A stretch of 64,000 nt of DNA from Neoconidiobolus thromboides FSU 785 (Eukaryota > Fungi > Entomophthoromycota): positions 1-64,000 of the forward strand of contig MU626342.1 in NCBI GenBank assembly GCA_025603075.1, given 5' to 3'. Made by a program: the position numbers and the translations under genes. Shown here in pieces: positions 13,137-30,001 of the stretch. Positions within the stretch are counted from its first letter, which is position 1. Each line of letters opens with the position of its first letter. The notes under the pieces are model-generated. The model saw only the letters and a list, made by a program, of their open reading frames with translations, did not search any database and was not told where the DNA came from.

Positions 13137-16100
13137 ATGGATCAAATAGAAGTACTACTATTGCATTTAGTTTAAAACCATGTTAACTTTGGTTTTTTAG
13201 GCTCTTTTTGATTTTAATTCACCTTTTAATCCGAACTTGTTGGATGAAATTGTTAATAAAGCTTATACTGGGCGTGGTATAGAAGTAAGCTAGTTTGCGA
13301 TTAGAATTCTATAACTAACGTTTTTAAAGCAAAAAAACTGTATGGAAGCCTTAAACAGGTATCAACATCACCCAGAAGCTTGGAATTTAGTCGATCAAAT
13401 TCTCGAAAGATGTCAACTTCCTCAAACAAAGGTATATTCTTCATACATCTTCATTTGTTTTTCTTAATAGGTTTAGTTTATCGGTTTGGCAATCCTAGAA
13501 AAATTTATCCAAACTCGTTGGAAGTCTATTAATCCATCTCAAAAAGAAGGTTTGCTATTCCCGTCTATTTTAATATACATATTAATTTTTTGTTAAGCAA
13601 TCAAAAAGTTTGCTATTAATCTTTTGCTCAAAGACGCTTCTACTGAAGCACAATTACAAGCTCATAAACTTTATCTCAAAAAGTTAAATTTAACTATTGT
13701 TGAAGTAATCTCTTAGAGCATTATTATTATCATTATACTAATAACTTTATTAGTTGCTTAAGCAAGAGTGGCCTCATAATTGGCCAACTTTTATTCCAGA
13801 TCTCATTACTTCCAGTCGAGGAAATTTATCAATTTGTGAAAACAATATGCAAATTCTTAGATATTTAAGGTAGATTATAAGCATAATATAGGATTTAATT
13901 TAATACAAATTTAGTGAAGAGATTTATGATTTTTCTGAGGAAAGTTTAACTCAAAATAAAATAAGATATTTGAAACACCAAATGGAAGAAGAGTTTCAAC
14001 AAGTCTTCCAGTTATGTCTTGATGTATTAGCTAAAGCTCAAACCCCTGGTTTAGTAAATTCAACTTTAGAAACCCTTTCACGTTTCTTGAATTGGATTCC
14101 ACTTGATTTTGTGTTCAATTCGGATCTTTTGAATATTTTAGTTAGCAGAGTAAGTTTTTTTAAATTTAAGAGACATCAACTTATTTTTTTAGTTCCTTCC
14201 TGAAGTACAATTTAGAAATTTAACTCTCAAATGTATTACTCAAGTCGTTTGTCAACCTGCCCCGCCTGTCCATAGCGAGAAATTACTTTTATTAGTAAAT
14301 CTAGTATTTGAAGGCCTTAAATCATTGATACCTAGTCATATTGGTAAACTACCTCAATTAGTGTATCATATTTTTTAACACTTCATTTAGATCTTGCTGC
14401 CGTATACGATGGTCTTCCTAATAATGATCAAGAGTATGTTCAAAATGTTACAATGTTTTTTACAGGATTTTTCGAAAAGCATTTATTGGTAATTTATATA
14501 TATATTATTTTTATTTTCTTAATACCTGTTATAGATGGCTGAGCAGCTTGGTAACAAAGATACACTTTTGGAGATACACTCTTATTTAGTGAGAATAACT
14601 TTGGTTGACGAAAGAGAGCTTTTTAAGATCTGTCTTGAGTACTGGCATCTTTTGGTAATAACTCATAAATTTGTAGTACAATTTCTTATTTTTTTAGCTT
14701 ACTGGGTTATTCAACGAAATGAAAAACGTTCAAGCCCCTGATGCACCTTTACTTAATCTTGGTACCGAAGTAGGTGGCAACGGAGATGTCCCTAACAAAA
14801 CCTTAAGAAAAGATATCTATGCAATGACTATTCCAGCTCTTAGAAGAGCTATGATTGAAACAATGGTTAAGCCTGAAGAAGTAATTTAGATTTTATCATT
14901 TTATAGTATATCCTAATATTTAAAAGGTCCTTATTATTGAAAATGAATACGGTGAAGTTGTTCGTGAGACCCAGAAAGAAACTGACACTATCGCTTTATA
15001 TAAAACCATGCGTGAATGTTTAGTTTACTTGACTCATTTAGATGTTGTAGATACAGAACAAGTGATGCTAAGCAGTTTACACTTTATGGTAAGATAATTA
15101 TAATTGAACTTAAGAAATAGAGTAGTAATATAATTTAGTTTAATGAAGGATGTTGGGACAAGACCAAATTAAATAAATTATGTTGGTCTATTGGATCCAT
15201 CTCTGGGGCTATGCGTAATTATTTTAATATTTAATAGAATCAAAGTTTTAATTTATCTAGATTCTGAAATGGAGAAAAAGTTTTTAGTGAGCGTAGTTAG
15301 AGATTTATTGACTTTATGTGAAGTCAAAAAAGGAAAAGATAACAAGGCAATTGTTGCATCAAATATTATGTATACAGTTGGTCAATATCCTAGGTTTTTA
15401 CGTAATCATTGGAAGTTTTTAAGAACCGTTGTAAATAAGTTATTTGAATTTATGCACGAGTCACATGAAGGTAATGATTAAAATGGAATTCATCTAATTT
15501 GTTTTAACTCTTTTTAGGTGTCCAAGACATGGCTTGTGATACTTTTGACACGGTTGCTCAATCTTGTAAAAAATATTTTGTTGTGTCTCACCCTCCTGAT
15601 GATCAGATCCCATATATTCATAAAATAATTAATGATTTGCCAAGAATAATTGATGAATTAACACCTGTACAAAGAGTATCTGTTTATGAATCAATTGGCC
15701 ATATGATCGCTTCCGATGAGAACATCGAGAACCAAGTAGCGATGATAGAAGCGCTCTTAAATGATACAAATCAAATAGTAATGACACTTTTATTATAATC
15801 AAATTTGAGCTAAATGTTAAAATTAGTGGGTACAATTAATCACTGACGCTAACATCTTGGAAGACAATGAAAAAGTAAAAAATATGGGTTATTGTTTGAA
15901 AACTTTTTCTGCTGTATGTAAATCTGTAGGCCCAGGGTTCAGCCGTCAATTATCTATACTTTTCCCCAGTCTTTTAAATATCTATAAAACATGTTCTCGA
16001 CTTATTGACGTGTGTATTGATTCACAAGGTAATTTAGTAGTATTTGTTAGATGATCCTAATGCATTTTTAGGCGCTGTTGCTGTAAGAACTCCAAAAGTT

Positions 16101-17326
16101 AAAAATCTCAGAATCGTTAGAAAAGAAACATTGATCCTTTTAGATGTCTACATTAGTAATTCAACCAATAAGGAATTTGTTCTCCTAGAACTTGTTCCTA
16201 ATCTTATTGATACTTATCTTTTAAGTTATCGGGAAAGTAATCCTTTATCTAAAGAACCAGAAGTTCTTGATCTTTTTGGTTCTTGTGCTGAGCAATTAGG
16301 GGTAAGGTTATTATTTATAATGATTGCTTGTATTTATATGCCTTTTAGAGTGCTTTGAATGGCAAAGTAGCAGATATCTTTAATCATATCCTTCAATGTA
16401 CAATAGAAATGATTAGTCATGAGCTTACTAATTATCCTGAGATCAGAATCTCATTTTATAAACTCCTTCATAAACTTATTACCTATTGCTTTGAAGGTAA
16501 CTTTTTTATGTTATGTTTTACTTATATTAACGTTAATAGGGGTTATTGGTGCACCAGGAAATCTATTCGATTTGTTCATGTTAACCATAACTTATGGGTT
16601 TAAACATACAATGAGAGATATTTCCGAGACTGCATTATCTCTTTCTAATGAGATTTTCAAAAGAGTATTACAAGGAGACCCCAGTGTTGCTAATTCTTTT
16701 TACCAAGCTTTTGCACTTACACATATAAGTGAAGCCGTGTACATTTTATTTGACACTCAGCATAAAAATGGTAACTGAAGTTTGTTAAATTTTGATTTAT
16801 TCTAAAACATTTTAGGGTTTCACTCCCAATGTATCCTTTTGTCCACTCTTCTTCATATTGTTGAAAGCAACCAGATCAGTTGCGATTTGAATTTCCCAAA
16901 TTTCCAAAGACAACCTGATATTAGAACCAATTCATCTTATATGCAGTCATTTTTAGTTGCTTTGATCTCCAATACTTTCTCTCATTTATCACCGTAATTT
17001 ATTACTTTTTAACAATGAATCTTTTACTTATTCTTATTAGGAACGCTGTAACTACGTTTGTACAAGGGATGCAATTATATTCTGGAGATTTGCATAAATT
17101 TAAACTACATGTTCGTGACTTCTTGATTAGCTTAAAGGTAATAGTATAGTCTATAAACTAAACACAAATTAATTTGTTTTAGGAATTTGGGAATGATAAT
17201 GCCGATTTGTACCTTGCTGACCGAGAAATTGCTTTAGAAGCAAAGAAGAAGCAAGAAAGAGAAGTAGCACTTCAAGTACCAGGTATGATAAAACCATCCG
17301 AACTTCCACCAGGTATGGAGGATTAA
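13137..17326 (+). CDS. CRM1: Exportin-1, many short introns
   Basis: Exons read MDQIE|[137 protein letters not shown], and C-terminal [10 protein letters not shown]. Confidence 0.97.
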
Positions 17327-17818
17327 AAGCGAGATATTATGCACTATAAAGTGCTAGTTAAACTTAAATTAAATATTAGAGCTAAACGTTATTCTTTGGC
17401 TTATTATTTTTAAATATTTTTTTATTCATTTTTTTCTATTTTCAATTAAAAGTTTGTTTTGGATGAAAAATAAATTAAGTCTATATGAAACATTTATTAA
17501 TAAAAATTAAAATAGAAATTTGATAAAAGTTCAATTTAGGTTTGATAAGCTATTAAAATATAATAATAATTAAATAACCTTAAATAAGAATCGAGTTTTC
17601 AACAGCAAGTTACAATAATTTATTATAATATGGAATTATATGGCTTGGATTCGAAAAAAAACCTAACAAATGATATTAAATATAAAATATGGGTTAATAT
17701 AGTAAATTCTAGACTAAAACATTCTTTTTGAAATTAAAACAAATTATCCAATTAAACCAAGGATATAAAAACAAACTTAGAGTTTGTCATTTTAACTTTT
17801 TAACAAAAAAAAATTAAA

Positions 17819-19180
17819 ATGGATAGCAAAAAGCAATTAGTATTTTCATTTATAGAATTTTTAAACACCTGTGTTGAAGATGGAACAATAAAGAGTGAGG
17901 ATGCTGAAAGTCTAGAGGGTAAGTTAAAGAAATCAAAGTTTAAGTTATAATTAAATGAAATAAAATTTAGTTGCCACCCAATGTATTGGAGAAGTATTTG
18001 GGGTAGATGTCAATGACGCAAAGCAAAAAGAAGAACTCTCGATCAAACCTACTACTTTATTACAAATCTTCAATGTCTTTGTAAAGACTCAAAAGAAATC
18101 ACAAAAGGTAATAAATGGATTTTTAATTTATTTCTTTATTAATATATAATTTATAGCCAGCTACCGAAAGCATCGAAAAAAGCACTTTGACTGATGAAGA
18201 AAAGAAGAAGAAAGCTGAAGAATTCAAAGGGTTAGGTAAAATATCTGTAACGTTTATTATAAACCAAAGTGCTAATTATTATTCTGTAGGAAATACCAAA
18301 TTAACCGAAAAGAATTACTCAGAGGCAATAGATTTATATACTAAAGCTATCCAACTTGTTGACAATAACGCTGTCTACTATTCTAACCGGTAATATTTAT
18401 TTTGAATGGTTTTATTTTCCTTATCTTAATACATAGTGCTGCTGCTTATTCTCAATTTGGTGATCAAGATAATGCTATCGCTGATGCTATCAAAGCTACT
18501 GAAATTAATCCATCCTACTCTAAGGCTTACAGTAGATTAGGGTAACATTTTATTATTATTACTCAATCAAATGAGTTAACGTTTTCAGACATGCTTATTA
18601 TTGCAAAAACTCCTTTGATGAAGCTGTGGAAGCTTACACTAAAGCCTTAGAATTAGACCCAAATAACAGCAATGTCAAATCAGCTTTAGAAAATTCTAAA
18701 GTACGTAGTAGTAAAAAAGATGAAAGTAGGTCAGTTTCAGAATCAGCTCCATCTGCCGATCCATTTGCCAATCTTGCCAATATGGCTGCTGGTTTAGGTG
18801 GTAATGGCGGTGGTAACCCACTTGCTGGTATGGATTTAGGATCCTTGATGAGTAATCCAGCTATTATGAATATGGCTCAACAATTTATGAAATCTGGAGC
18901 TTATGATGAAATGATGAAAGATCCTTCTAAAATGATGGACATGTAAGTTAAAATTTTTCCTTTTCTATTTATGTTAATATCGTATTATTTAGGGCACAAA
19001 ATTTTATGGGAAATCAAGACAATTCAAATGGTGAAAACCCACTTGCCTCTTTAATGAATGATCCTAAAGTTGCTAAAATGTAATATTATAATAATTTAAA
19101 ATATAGTACTTATTAACATTTATTGTAGGGCTGAACAGTTTAAAAATGGCAACTTTGGAAACCCACCAAAAAAGGAATAA
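17819..19180 (+). CDS. SGT2: Small glutamine-rich TPR co-chaperone, multi-exon
   Basis: N-terminal KQLVFSFIEFL...DAESLEVATQCIGEVF dimerisation domain; TPRs (KAEEFK.GN, AIDLYTKAI, VYYSNR.AAAYSQ, NPSYSKAYSRLG, EAYTKALELDPNN); M/G-rich STI1-like tail. Confidence 0.93.
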
Positions 19181-19601
19181 TTATTTTAATAAAATAAATA
19201 TTAACATTTAATTATAAGTGATAAACTAACCCATGTTTTATTTTAATGAATACTGTATTACTTTTGCTATAACTTTATTAAAAATAAGCTTTATAATTTA
19301 ATGTTTATATAAGCTATTATCATTTTGATATTATGGATTTATATTTTAAAACAGAGACTCAGTGTAAAATATTTACAAATTTAATATTGTTAATAACTAA
19401 TTAATTGTATTCAAATTATTAAACAACTTTATCAGTGATGCTAAACAATAAACTACTATTAAATGCTGAAGCTTACTCAATCTGAGTGAAATCATTGCGA
19501 AAATTAGCTGCTCAAGAATTACATCATAATAATTTGCCACGTAAAGTGGAAACAATGGCTAAATGGAAATCGAACAGTAATTAATCTCTTAATTTTTTAA
19601 C

Positions 19602-20448
19602 ATGGTATTGTCAACAACAATTGCACGAGTATTTGATGGGCTTCCACTTGCAGCATCAACTGATGATCAAGTAAGTTAATTTTACAAAGTAAATGATAGT
19701 TTAGTAAATTGAATTAGGATCCTCCAGAGTTAGCTGAGTGCAAAGGACAAACAAAATTGTTATTTAGGAAATTAAATACAAATTCAGAACCTAGATGCTC
19801 AATTGAGTCTGGTAGATATATTTTACAGTAATTTACTATATTACTTTAAAAAATAGGAAAACTAAAAATTGAATTAATAGCTATTTAATTGATCAAGAAA
19901 TCTGCTACCTTTGTATTTGTGAAAAAGCATATCCAAGAAAATTAGCCTTCAGTTATCTTGAAGAATTAGCTAGAGAGTTTATTGGTAGTTATTCGGCAGA
20001 AATAAATAAGCCAGGATTAAGACCATACGCCTTTATCAAATTTGGTAAGTTAATTTATTATTTGCCATTATTGATTTAACAGCTTTAATAGACACTTTCA
20101 TACAAAAAACAAAACGCATATACCAGGACTCAAGAGCACAAGATAATTTGTCAAAACTTAACGAGGACTTGCAAGACGTTACTAGAATTATGACTAAAAA
20201 CATGGAAGACTTATTATGGCGAGGAGACTCTCTTGATAGTAACGATAATATACTTATAGCCTTGAATTTAAATTAACAATCTAATTATAGAAATGAATTC
20301 TTTGTCAGACCAGCTTAAAGATTCTTCTTTAAAATATAGAAAAGATGCGCATAATTTAAACCTTCAGCTATTATATCGCAAATACGGAGTACCTGCTATT
20401 GTTATATTGGTGGTTGTTATTCTCGTTCTTATTAAAGTTTATTATTAA
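19602..20448 (+). CDS. SEC22: Longin R-SNARE, multi-exon
   Basis: MVLSTTIARVFDGLPLAAS, CYLCICEKAYPRKLAFSYLEELAREF, RPYAFIKF, KLNEDLQDVTRIMTKNMEDLLWRGDSLD, C-terminal TM helix YGVPAIVILVVVILVLIKVYY*. Confidence 0.95.
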
Positions 20449-20864
20449 AGGTTACTCAGTAACTTAATTTAGCGAAATTGTACTGAATTAATATTAAGGT
20501 TAATAAATGTTTAGCAGTTTTTATCTGGGGGCTATTTTAAATTAACTATTAATAATATTATTATGCTTTTGTATTTTATATATATGACATAAACAGCAGG
20601 CTAAGGATTTTTCTATAAATTGCTTATTCAAAGAACAAGTTTTATAATGTTATTTAGGACATAAATATAACTAACAAACAACAATACAGCATTTCATTAT
20701 TTACGTGAGATATAAGCTTTACTACTATTATAGTCATTGTAGTAGACAACATAATCCAAACACAGCTTACAAAAGTGAATAAATGTATAGTATGATTTAT
20801 TGTAAAATAATCAGAACGTATTTGTGTAATTCAGCTTGATTTGACAAGCTTAATATTAATATCA

Positions 20865-21358
20865 TTATCCGGGGCCGACCTAAAGACAATAAATAAAAAT
20901 CAAATAGTCTTCTTAAAATTAATACCTTTGGGATATCATAGTGCTCAGATAATTTGTCTAATTTTTCATTAAACTCCTAAAAAAATTAATTTCTAATATT
21001 TAAGATCGGAGTTGTCTTACTTGAACTTTATCCTTATGACTTTTATTTGCTAAATTTTCAGCTCTTTCTTTAATCTAAGTCATATTTAATACAATTTCGA
21101 ACTAACGACTGACTCTATCTTACCCTTCTCTGTTGATTTTTTTCAAACTTAATTTCAGCCTCGGTTTTTTTTCTAGGTTCTCTAACTATTTGAGTGGTTG
21201 ATTCAACTTCTTTTACTTTCTTTTTATTCTTCTTTTTCTTACTAAATAAATTATGAACATTTGCCCATTATTAATAATATTATGAATTGTTACCTTGAGC
21301 TTCCTTTTAATTTCAAAGACTCTTTGATAACTAAATTATACTCTGAATCCTTTGGCAT
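20865..21358 (-). CDS. FAM32A/DUF1754-like small nuclear protein, multi-exon (not in ORF track)
   Basis: Spliced reading [66 protein letters not shown], typical of the family. Confidence 0.8.
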
Positions 21359-21924
21359 CCTTGCCTATTTTTTGATTGAATTATTACAAATAAAAAATAA
21401 GCAAAAATTATTTTTGAAAAAACAGATTTTTTTATTTATAATTTTAAGCTACTAAAATTATCTGATATTCTTAACTATTATAAATGTCAGAATATTATTA
21501 AACTGTTGATAAGCATAAATAGGGATTTCTATATTATTATAAATGTAGCAAATCCATTATTATATTCAATTGCTATAACATATTAACCTATATCAATTTC
21601 AAATTAGCCGCGTATTAATAATTAAACTGGAATAAAGTAAAATTTATTGGCCGCCAAGCTAAGTTAATAAATTATTGCAACTTCATAATGACAAAAAGCT
21701 AGAAAGATAATTGGGCTAAGTTGAAGATAGAAGCCAAAAGTTAAGGTTTTAAGATGATTTGAAGCCAACCTTAATATAGTAACAATTCTTAGAAATATTT
21801 TTTTGTGTGTGTGATTTTAAAAAAGTTTGGAAATTTTATTGTGGCATAAAAAAGTTCTTTCAGCTATTAAGTTTCTTCTTTACTATAAAAAAGCCTTTTT
21901 TATTGTAGACAATTGTTTATCATC

Positions 21925-24872
<2,948 letters not shown>

Positions 24873-25452
24873 GAAAATGAATTAAGCTTTAAAAGGCAAG
24901 TAAAGATGAGTCATTTTTGATGTTCTGACCCTTCTTTTATCCACTATAATAATGATTCCATTTTCCAGGTTTTTTATTTCCTTTATCTGTTTCACTATAA
25001 TATGTATCGTTTCAACATAAATTTATAATTTAATTTTATCATCTAAAGGAAAGATATAATTATTAGTTTTCATTTTATATTTAATAGAATTTTTATTATG
25101 TAGTTTATTAAGGTTAAAGTAGTTCATATTTTTTTAAATAAAAATTATTATATCCAATGTGTAGTTTATATGTAATGACAAATGTATTAAAATTAATAAA
25201 GCTATATAATATTGTTTAATGAAACTATAAAAGAATAAAATACCATATAGTAATAACTGAAAGTATCATAAATTAATAAAATTTGAACTGACTTTATTTA
25301 AACTATGAATAGTCTATAAGCATATAAAAAAATGGAATTGGACAAAAAAAATTAAATACTTGATCTTGATCTTATTAATAATGGCACAAATCTATTCCCT
25401 ACAAATTCTTAAATATAATAGTTCATATTATTAAACAATTGTGAAATACTAT

Positions 25453-28400
25453 TTAATCTTTTTTAACACACTTATTAATACTTGCAATCAACTCATTAAA
25501 CCTCAACGGTTTGGTTACATAATCATCCATACCAGCACTTATACATTTTTCTCTATCCCCAATCATGGCGTGCGCAGTCAATGCAATGATGGGAGTATGC
25601 ATATTGTTTTCCTTTTCATATTCTCGGATTTTTGCTGTTGCTTCAAAACCACCCATTATAGGCATTTGAACATCCATTAATACAAGGTCATATGTTGATT
25701 TTTGAACTGATTGAAATGCTTCTAAGCCATTAGGTACAATTGTAACTTTATGTCCAAACTTTTCTAAAATACGTACTGCTAGCTTTTGATTTACTATATT
25801 ATCTTCAGCTAATAAGATCTTGAGTGATTTTTTGATGGATCTTGACGTTTCATTGGCTAGCATTGAATATGACTCCATAGCTGCATGTAGGGCATTGACC
25901 AAGTCTGGGAAGAGTACTGGGAAGTTGATATATCCAGAGATACTAAGCTCCATACAAGTTTTCATTACTATGGGTGGCATATTAGGTACTGTTAATACTA
26001 TAGGTACGTATCTAAGTGAATGTACATCACGAACTTTTTCGATATAAGATAGATCATCAACGATTACTGTATCAACAACAGGGTTTGATTTATCTTTTGG
26101 ATCTGTTTTAAAGCACTTTTTAGCATCTTCAACAGTATGGAAAGTTAAGCTATTTAGCTTCAAGGAATGGATCATTTCTTTAACTTGATCCATTGCTGGG
26201 TGTTTAAGGCTATCAAAGATAGCAATTGTACGATTAAGATAGGGAGTTAATCTAGATATAGCTAATTCATGTGTAATTTCTGCAATGGTACATGTCATTG
26301 TAAAATAAAATTCAGAACCTTGCCCTGCTACACTATGAACCCATAATTCACCTCCCATTAAAGCAACTAATCTTTTGGAAATAGATAAACCTAACCCAGT
26401 CCCACCATACTTTCTAGTAGTGGAACCGTCCGCTTGCTGGAAGGTATCAAAAATTAAGTTGATCTTTTCAGAATCAATGCCAATACCAGTATCAGCTACA
26501 CAGAATAATAATACAACTTGGTCTCCTCGAATTTCTTTGGTTTGCGCAGTAAGTACTACTTTACCTTTAGAAGTAAATTTAACTGCATTCCCAATAAGGT
26601 TAGTAATGACTTGACGCAATCTTAGTGAGTCTCCAATAAGTTGATCTGGTATAGATCCATCAATATCATAAATCAAATCCAATCTCTTTTGACTGGCTTT
26701 AACAGCTAAAGTTTTAAGAGCAGAGAATACTGAAGAGCGAATCGAAAATGGGATTTGCTCAAGAACTAATTTGTTAGCTTCTATTTTAGATATATCTAAA
26801 ATATCATCAATAATTGTAAGGAGGGAATTTGCCATGGTTGAAACAATCATTAAATTTTCTCTCTGCTGGCGGTTCAATTCGGTTTCTAAAGTAAGGGCAG
26901 TCATTCCTATAATGCCATTCATTGGGGTTCTGATTTCATGAGACATATTGGCTAAAAACTCAGACTTAGCTCTGTTAGCGAGCTCAGCTGCTTCTCTTGC
27001 TGCTGTATTCTTTTGAATACTTTCCCTTAAATTATAAACCATTTGATTAATTTTTGTTTTAAGAGAGTCCATCTCACCGGAAGCTTCCACAGTAATAAAG
27101 CGAGTGAAGTCACCATCAGTAGCTGCAGCGGAAATTTGAGCAAACGCCCTAACTTGCGTGGTCAAATTGTTTGCCATAGTATTCACATTATTAGTAATCT
27201 CTTTCCAAGTACCAGATACATCTTTAACTTGTGCTTGAACGCCCAATTTCCCTTCAGTACCTACTTCCCTTGCAACACGCGTTACTTCAGAAACGAAAGT
27301 TCTCAATTGATCCACCATAGTATTGATGGTATTCTTTAAATCAAATATTTCACCCTCTACCGATACAGTAATCTTTTTGGACAGATCACCTCCAGCTACA
27401 GCTTTACATACATTAGCAATATCTCGCACTTGAAGGGTAAGGTTGGCTGCCATAGTGTTTACGTTATCGGTGAGCTCTTTCCAAGTACCACCAACGTCCT
27501 TTACATGCGCTTGACCACCAAGCTTACCTTCAGTACCCACTTCTCTAGCAACCCTAGTAACTTCGGCTGCAAACATTCTTAATTGGTCCACCATAGAATT
27601 AACTGTATTTTTCAACTCCAGAATCTCACCCTTGACATTTACAGTGATTTTCCTTGAGAGATCTCCGCAAGCTACAGCAGTAGTTACATCTGCAATAGAA
27701 CGTACTTGACTAGTAAGATTGGCTGCCATAATGTTCACATTATCGGTTAAATCTTTCCAAGTACCACCAACATCTTTTACTACTGCTTGACCTCCAAGCT
27801 TTCCTTCAGTACCCACTTCTAATGACACCCTCGTTACTTCTGTAGCAAATGTCTGCAGCTGATCTACCATAGTATTTATAGTATTCTTCAAATCCAATAT
27901 TTCCCCCTTGACATTCACTGTAATTTTCTTTGACAAATCACCCCGGGCTACAGCTTTTGACACATCAGCAATATCTCGGACTTGAGCTGTTAAATTAGCA
28001 GCCATAGTGTTTACATTGTCAGTAAGCTCTTTCCAAGTACCTCCTACACCTTTGACATGAGCCTGTACTCCAAGTTTTCCTTCTGTACCTACTTCTCTAG
28101 CTACTCTTGTTACTTCTGCTGCAAAAGTTCTTAATCTATCAACCATTGAATTGACTGTGGTTTTAAGAAGATGTATCTCCCCTTTAACATCAACAGTAAT
28201 TTTCTTGGATAAATCACCTTCTGCAACAGCTGTGGTAACTTCTGCAATAGAACGTACTTGGCCTGTAAGATTGGCTGCCATAATGTTCACATTATCGGTT
28301 AAATCTTTCCAAGTACCACCAACATCTTTTACTACTGCTTGACCTCCAAGCTTTCCTTCAGTACCCACTTCTAATGATACTCTTGTTACTTCTGTAGCAA

Positions 28401-30001
28401 AAGTTCTTAATTGGTCCACCATCGTATTAATTGTTTTTTTGAGATCAAGTATTTCACCTTTAACATCAACTGTAATTTTCTTTGATAAATCACCACGAGC
28501 AACTGCTTTAGAAACATTAGCTATATCTCGAACTTGTGCCGTTAAATTTGTTGCCATAGTATTCACGCTATCTGTTAGAACTTTCCACGTCCCGCCCACT
28601 CCATCCACTTCTGCCTGAGCTCCCAGCTTTCCTTCTGTACCTACCTCTCGTGCCACTCGAGTTACTTCTGCTGCAAACGTCCTTAATTGGTCAACCATAG
28701 TGTTAATAGTTATTTTTAGCTCAAGAATTTCACCTCGCACTGGAACTGTGACTTTTTTGGATAAATCACCACATGCAACAGCTGTACAAACTGCTGCAAT
28801 ATCACGGACTTGTGCAGTCAAATTAAATGCCATAAGGTTAACATTGTTTGTGAGATCTTTCCATGTACCTCCAACATCTTTTACGATAGCTTGTCCGCCC
28901 AATTTTCCCTCTGTGCCTACTTCAAGAGAGACACGTGTTACTTCAGTTGCAAATGTTTGTAATTGATCAACCATAGTATTAATAGTATCTTTAAGATCCC
29001 TGATTTCACCTTTAACATCAACAGTAACTTTCTTTGATAAATCACCACGAGCAACTGCTTTAGAAACATCTGCAATATCTCTCACTTGAGCTGTAAGATT
29101 TGAAGCCATAGTATTGACATTATCAGTAAGTAATTTCCAAGTTCCTCCTACATCTATAACTCTGGCTTGAACACCTAATTTTCCTTCAGTACCTACTTCG
29201 TGAGCAACTCTAGTTACTTCTGATGCAAAAGAATTTAATTGATCAACCATTCGATTTAAAGTATTTTTAAGAACCAAAGTTTCTCCTTTAACGTCTATAG
29301 TAATTTTTTTCGATAAATCTCCATGAGCGACAGCAGTACTAATTTCAGCAATTGCCCTAACCTGTTCCGAGTGATTAATTGACATCAAATTGACGTTTTG
29401 TACAATTTCAAGCCATGTTCCTTTTACGTTTCGATCGACTTTAGCCTTTATTCCCAACTTACCTTCAACACCAGCACCTCTAACAACAGTGTTCAATTGA
29501 CCAGTAAAGTTTTCTAAGTTTCCAGCTAATGAATTAATAGAGCATTTAAGTTTAGATAATGGACCTTCTGGAACATCTAAAGTTATTCTTTGGGATAAAT
29601 CGCCTAGTTCTACAGCTTCAACAACTTTATTACAAGCATCAAAGAAATCAGACTTTTTCAAACCTTCAAAGTCTACTGATTTATCCATGTCTTTTACTTC
29701 TTCTTTGTCAATACTGTTTTCACTTAGCTTTCTTTCTTTTTCTTTTTTCTTTTGTATATAATTTAAATTTTCAAATGATAAGTACTTGATTAAATAATTA
29801 ATAATAATATACCTCATAAAGCTTAACCTTTTCTTCTAATTGATTTTGCCTTTCGATAAGCCTTTGTATAGCAGCTTCAATGCCGCTTGCTTGAGTCGGT
29901 TTAACACCAGAAAAGTTGAATAAATCGATGTATTCACCATTTGAATTTGAAATTGAGGACAATGCCCCGTGCAAGTGGTTCAAATAGCCCACTTCGGTCA
30001 T
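25453..30001 (-). CDS. NIK1: Group III hybrid histidine kinase (NIK1/OS-1 type): poly-HAMP, HisKA, HATPase, receiver; one short intron near 29750-29812
   Basis: About ten 92-aa repeats ([44 protein letters not shown]), H-box [19 protein letters not shown]-boxes ([16 protein letters not shown]), receiver ([29 protein letters not shown]). The 29798-30001 ORF is probably exon 1. Confidence 0.95.

Noticed and set aside
2776-20448. Functional cluster of secretory-pathway genes (GPI proteins, GPI14, SGT2, SEC22; p24 further right)
   Set aside because: Unrelated housekeeping genes are interspersed and I see no shared regulatory motif; probably chance.
25441-29789. Short plus-strand ORFs within the histidine kinase (and similar shadow ORFs opposite PolB, D5, PIG-M and the GPI proteins)
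   Set aside because: Antisense shadows of real genes, with no motifs of their own.
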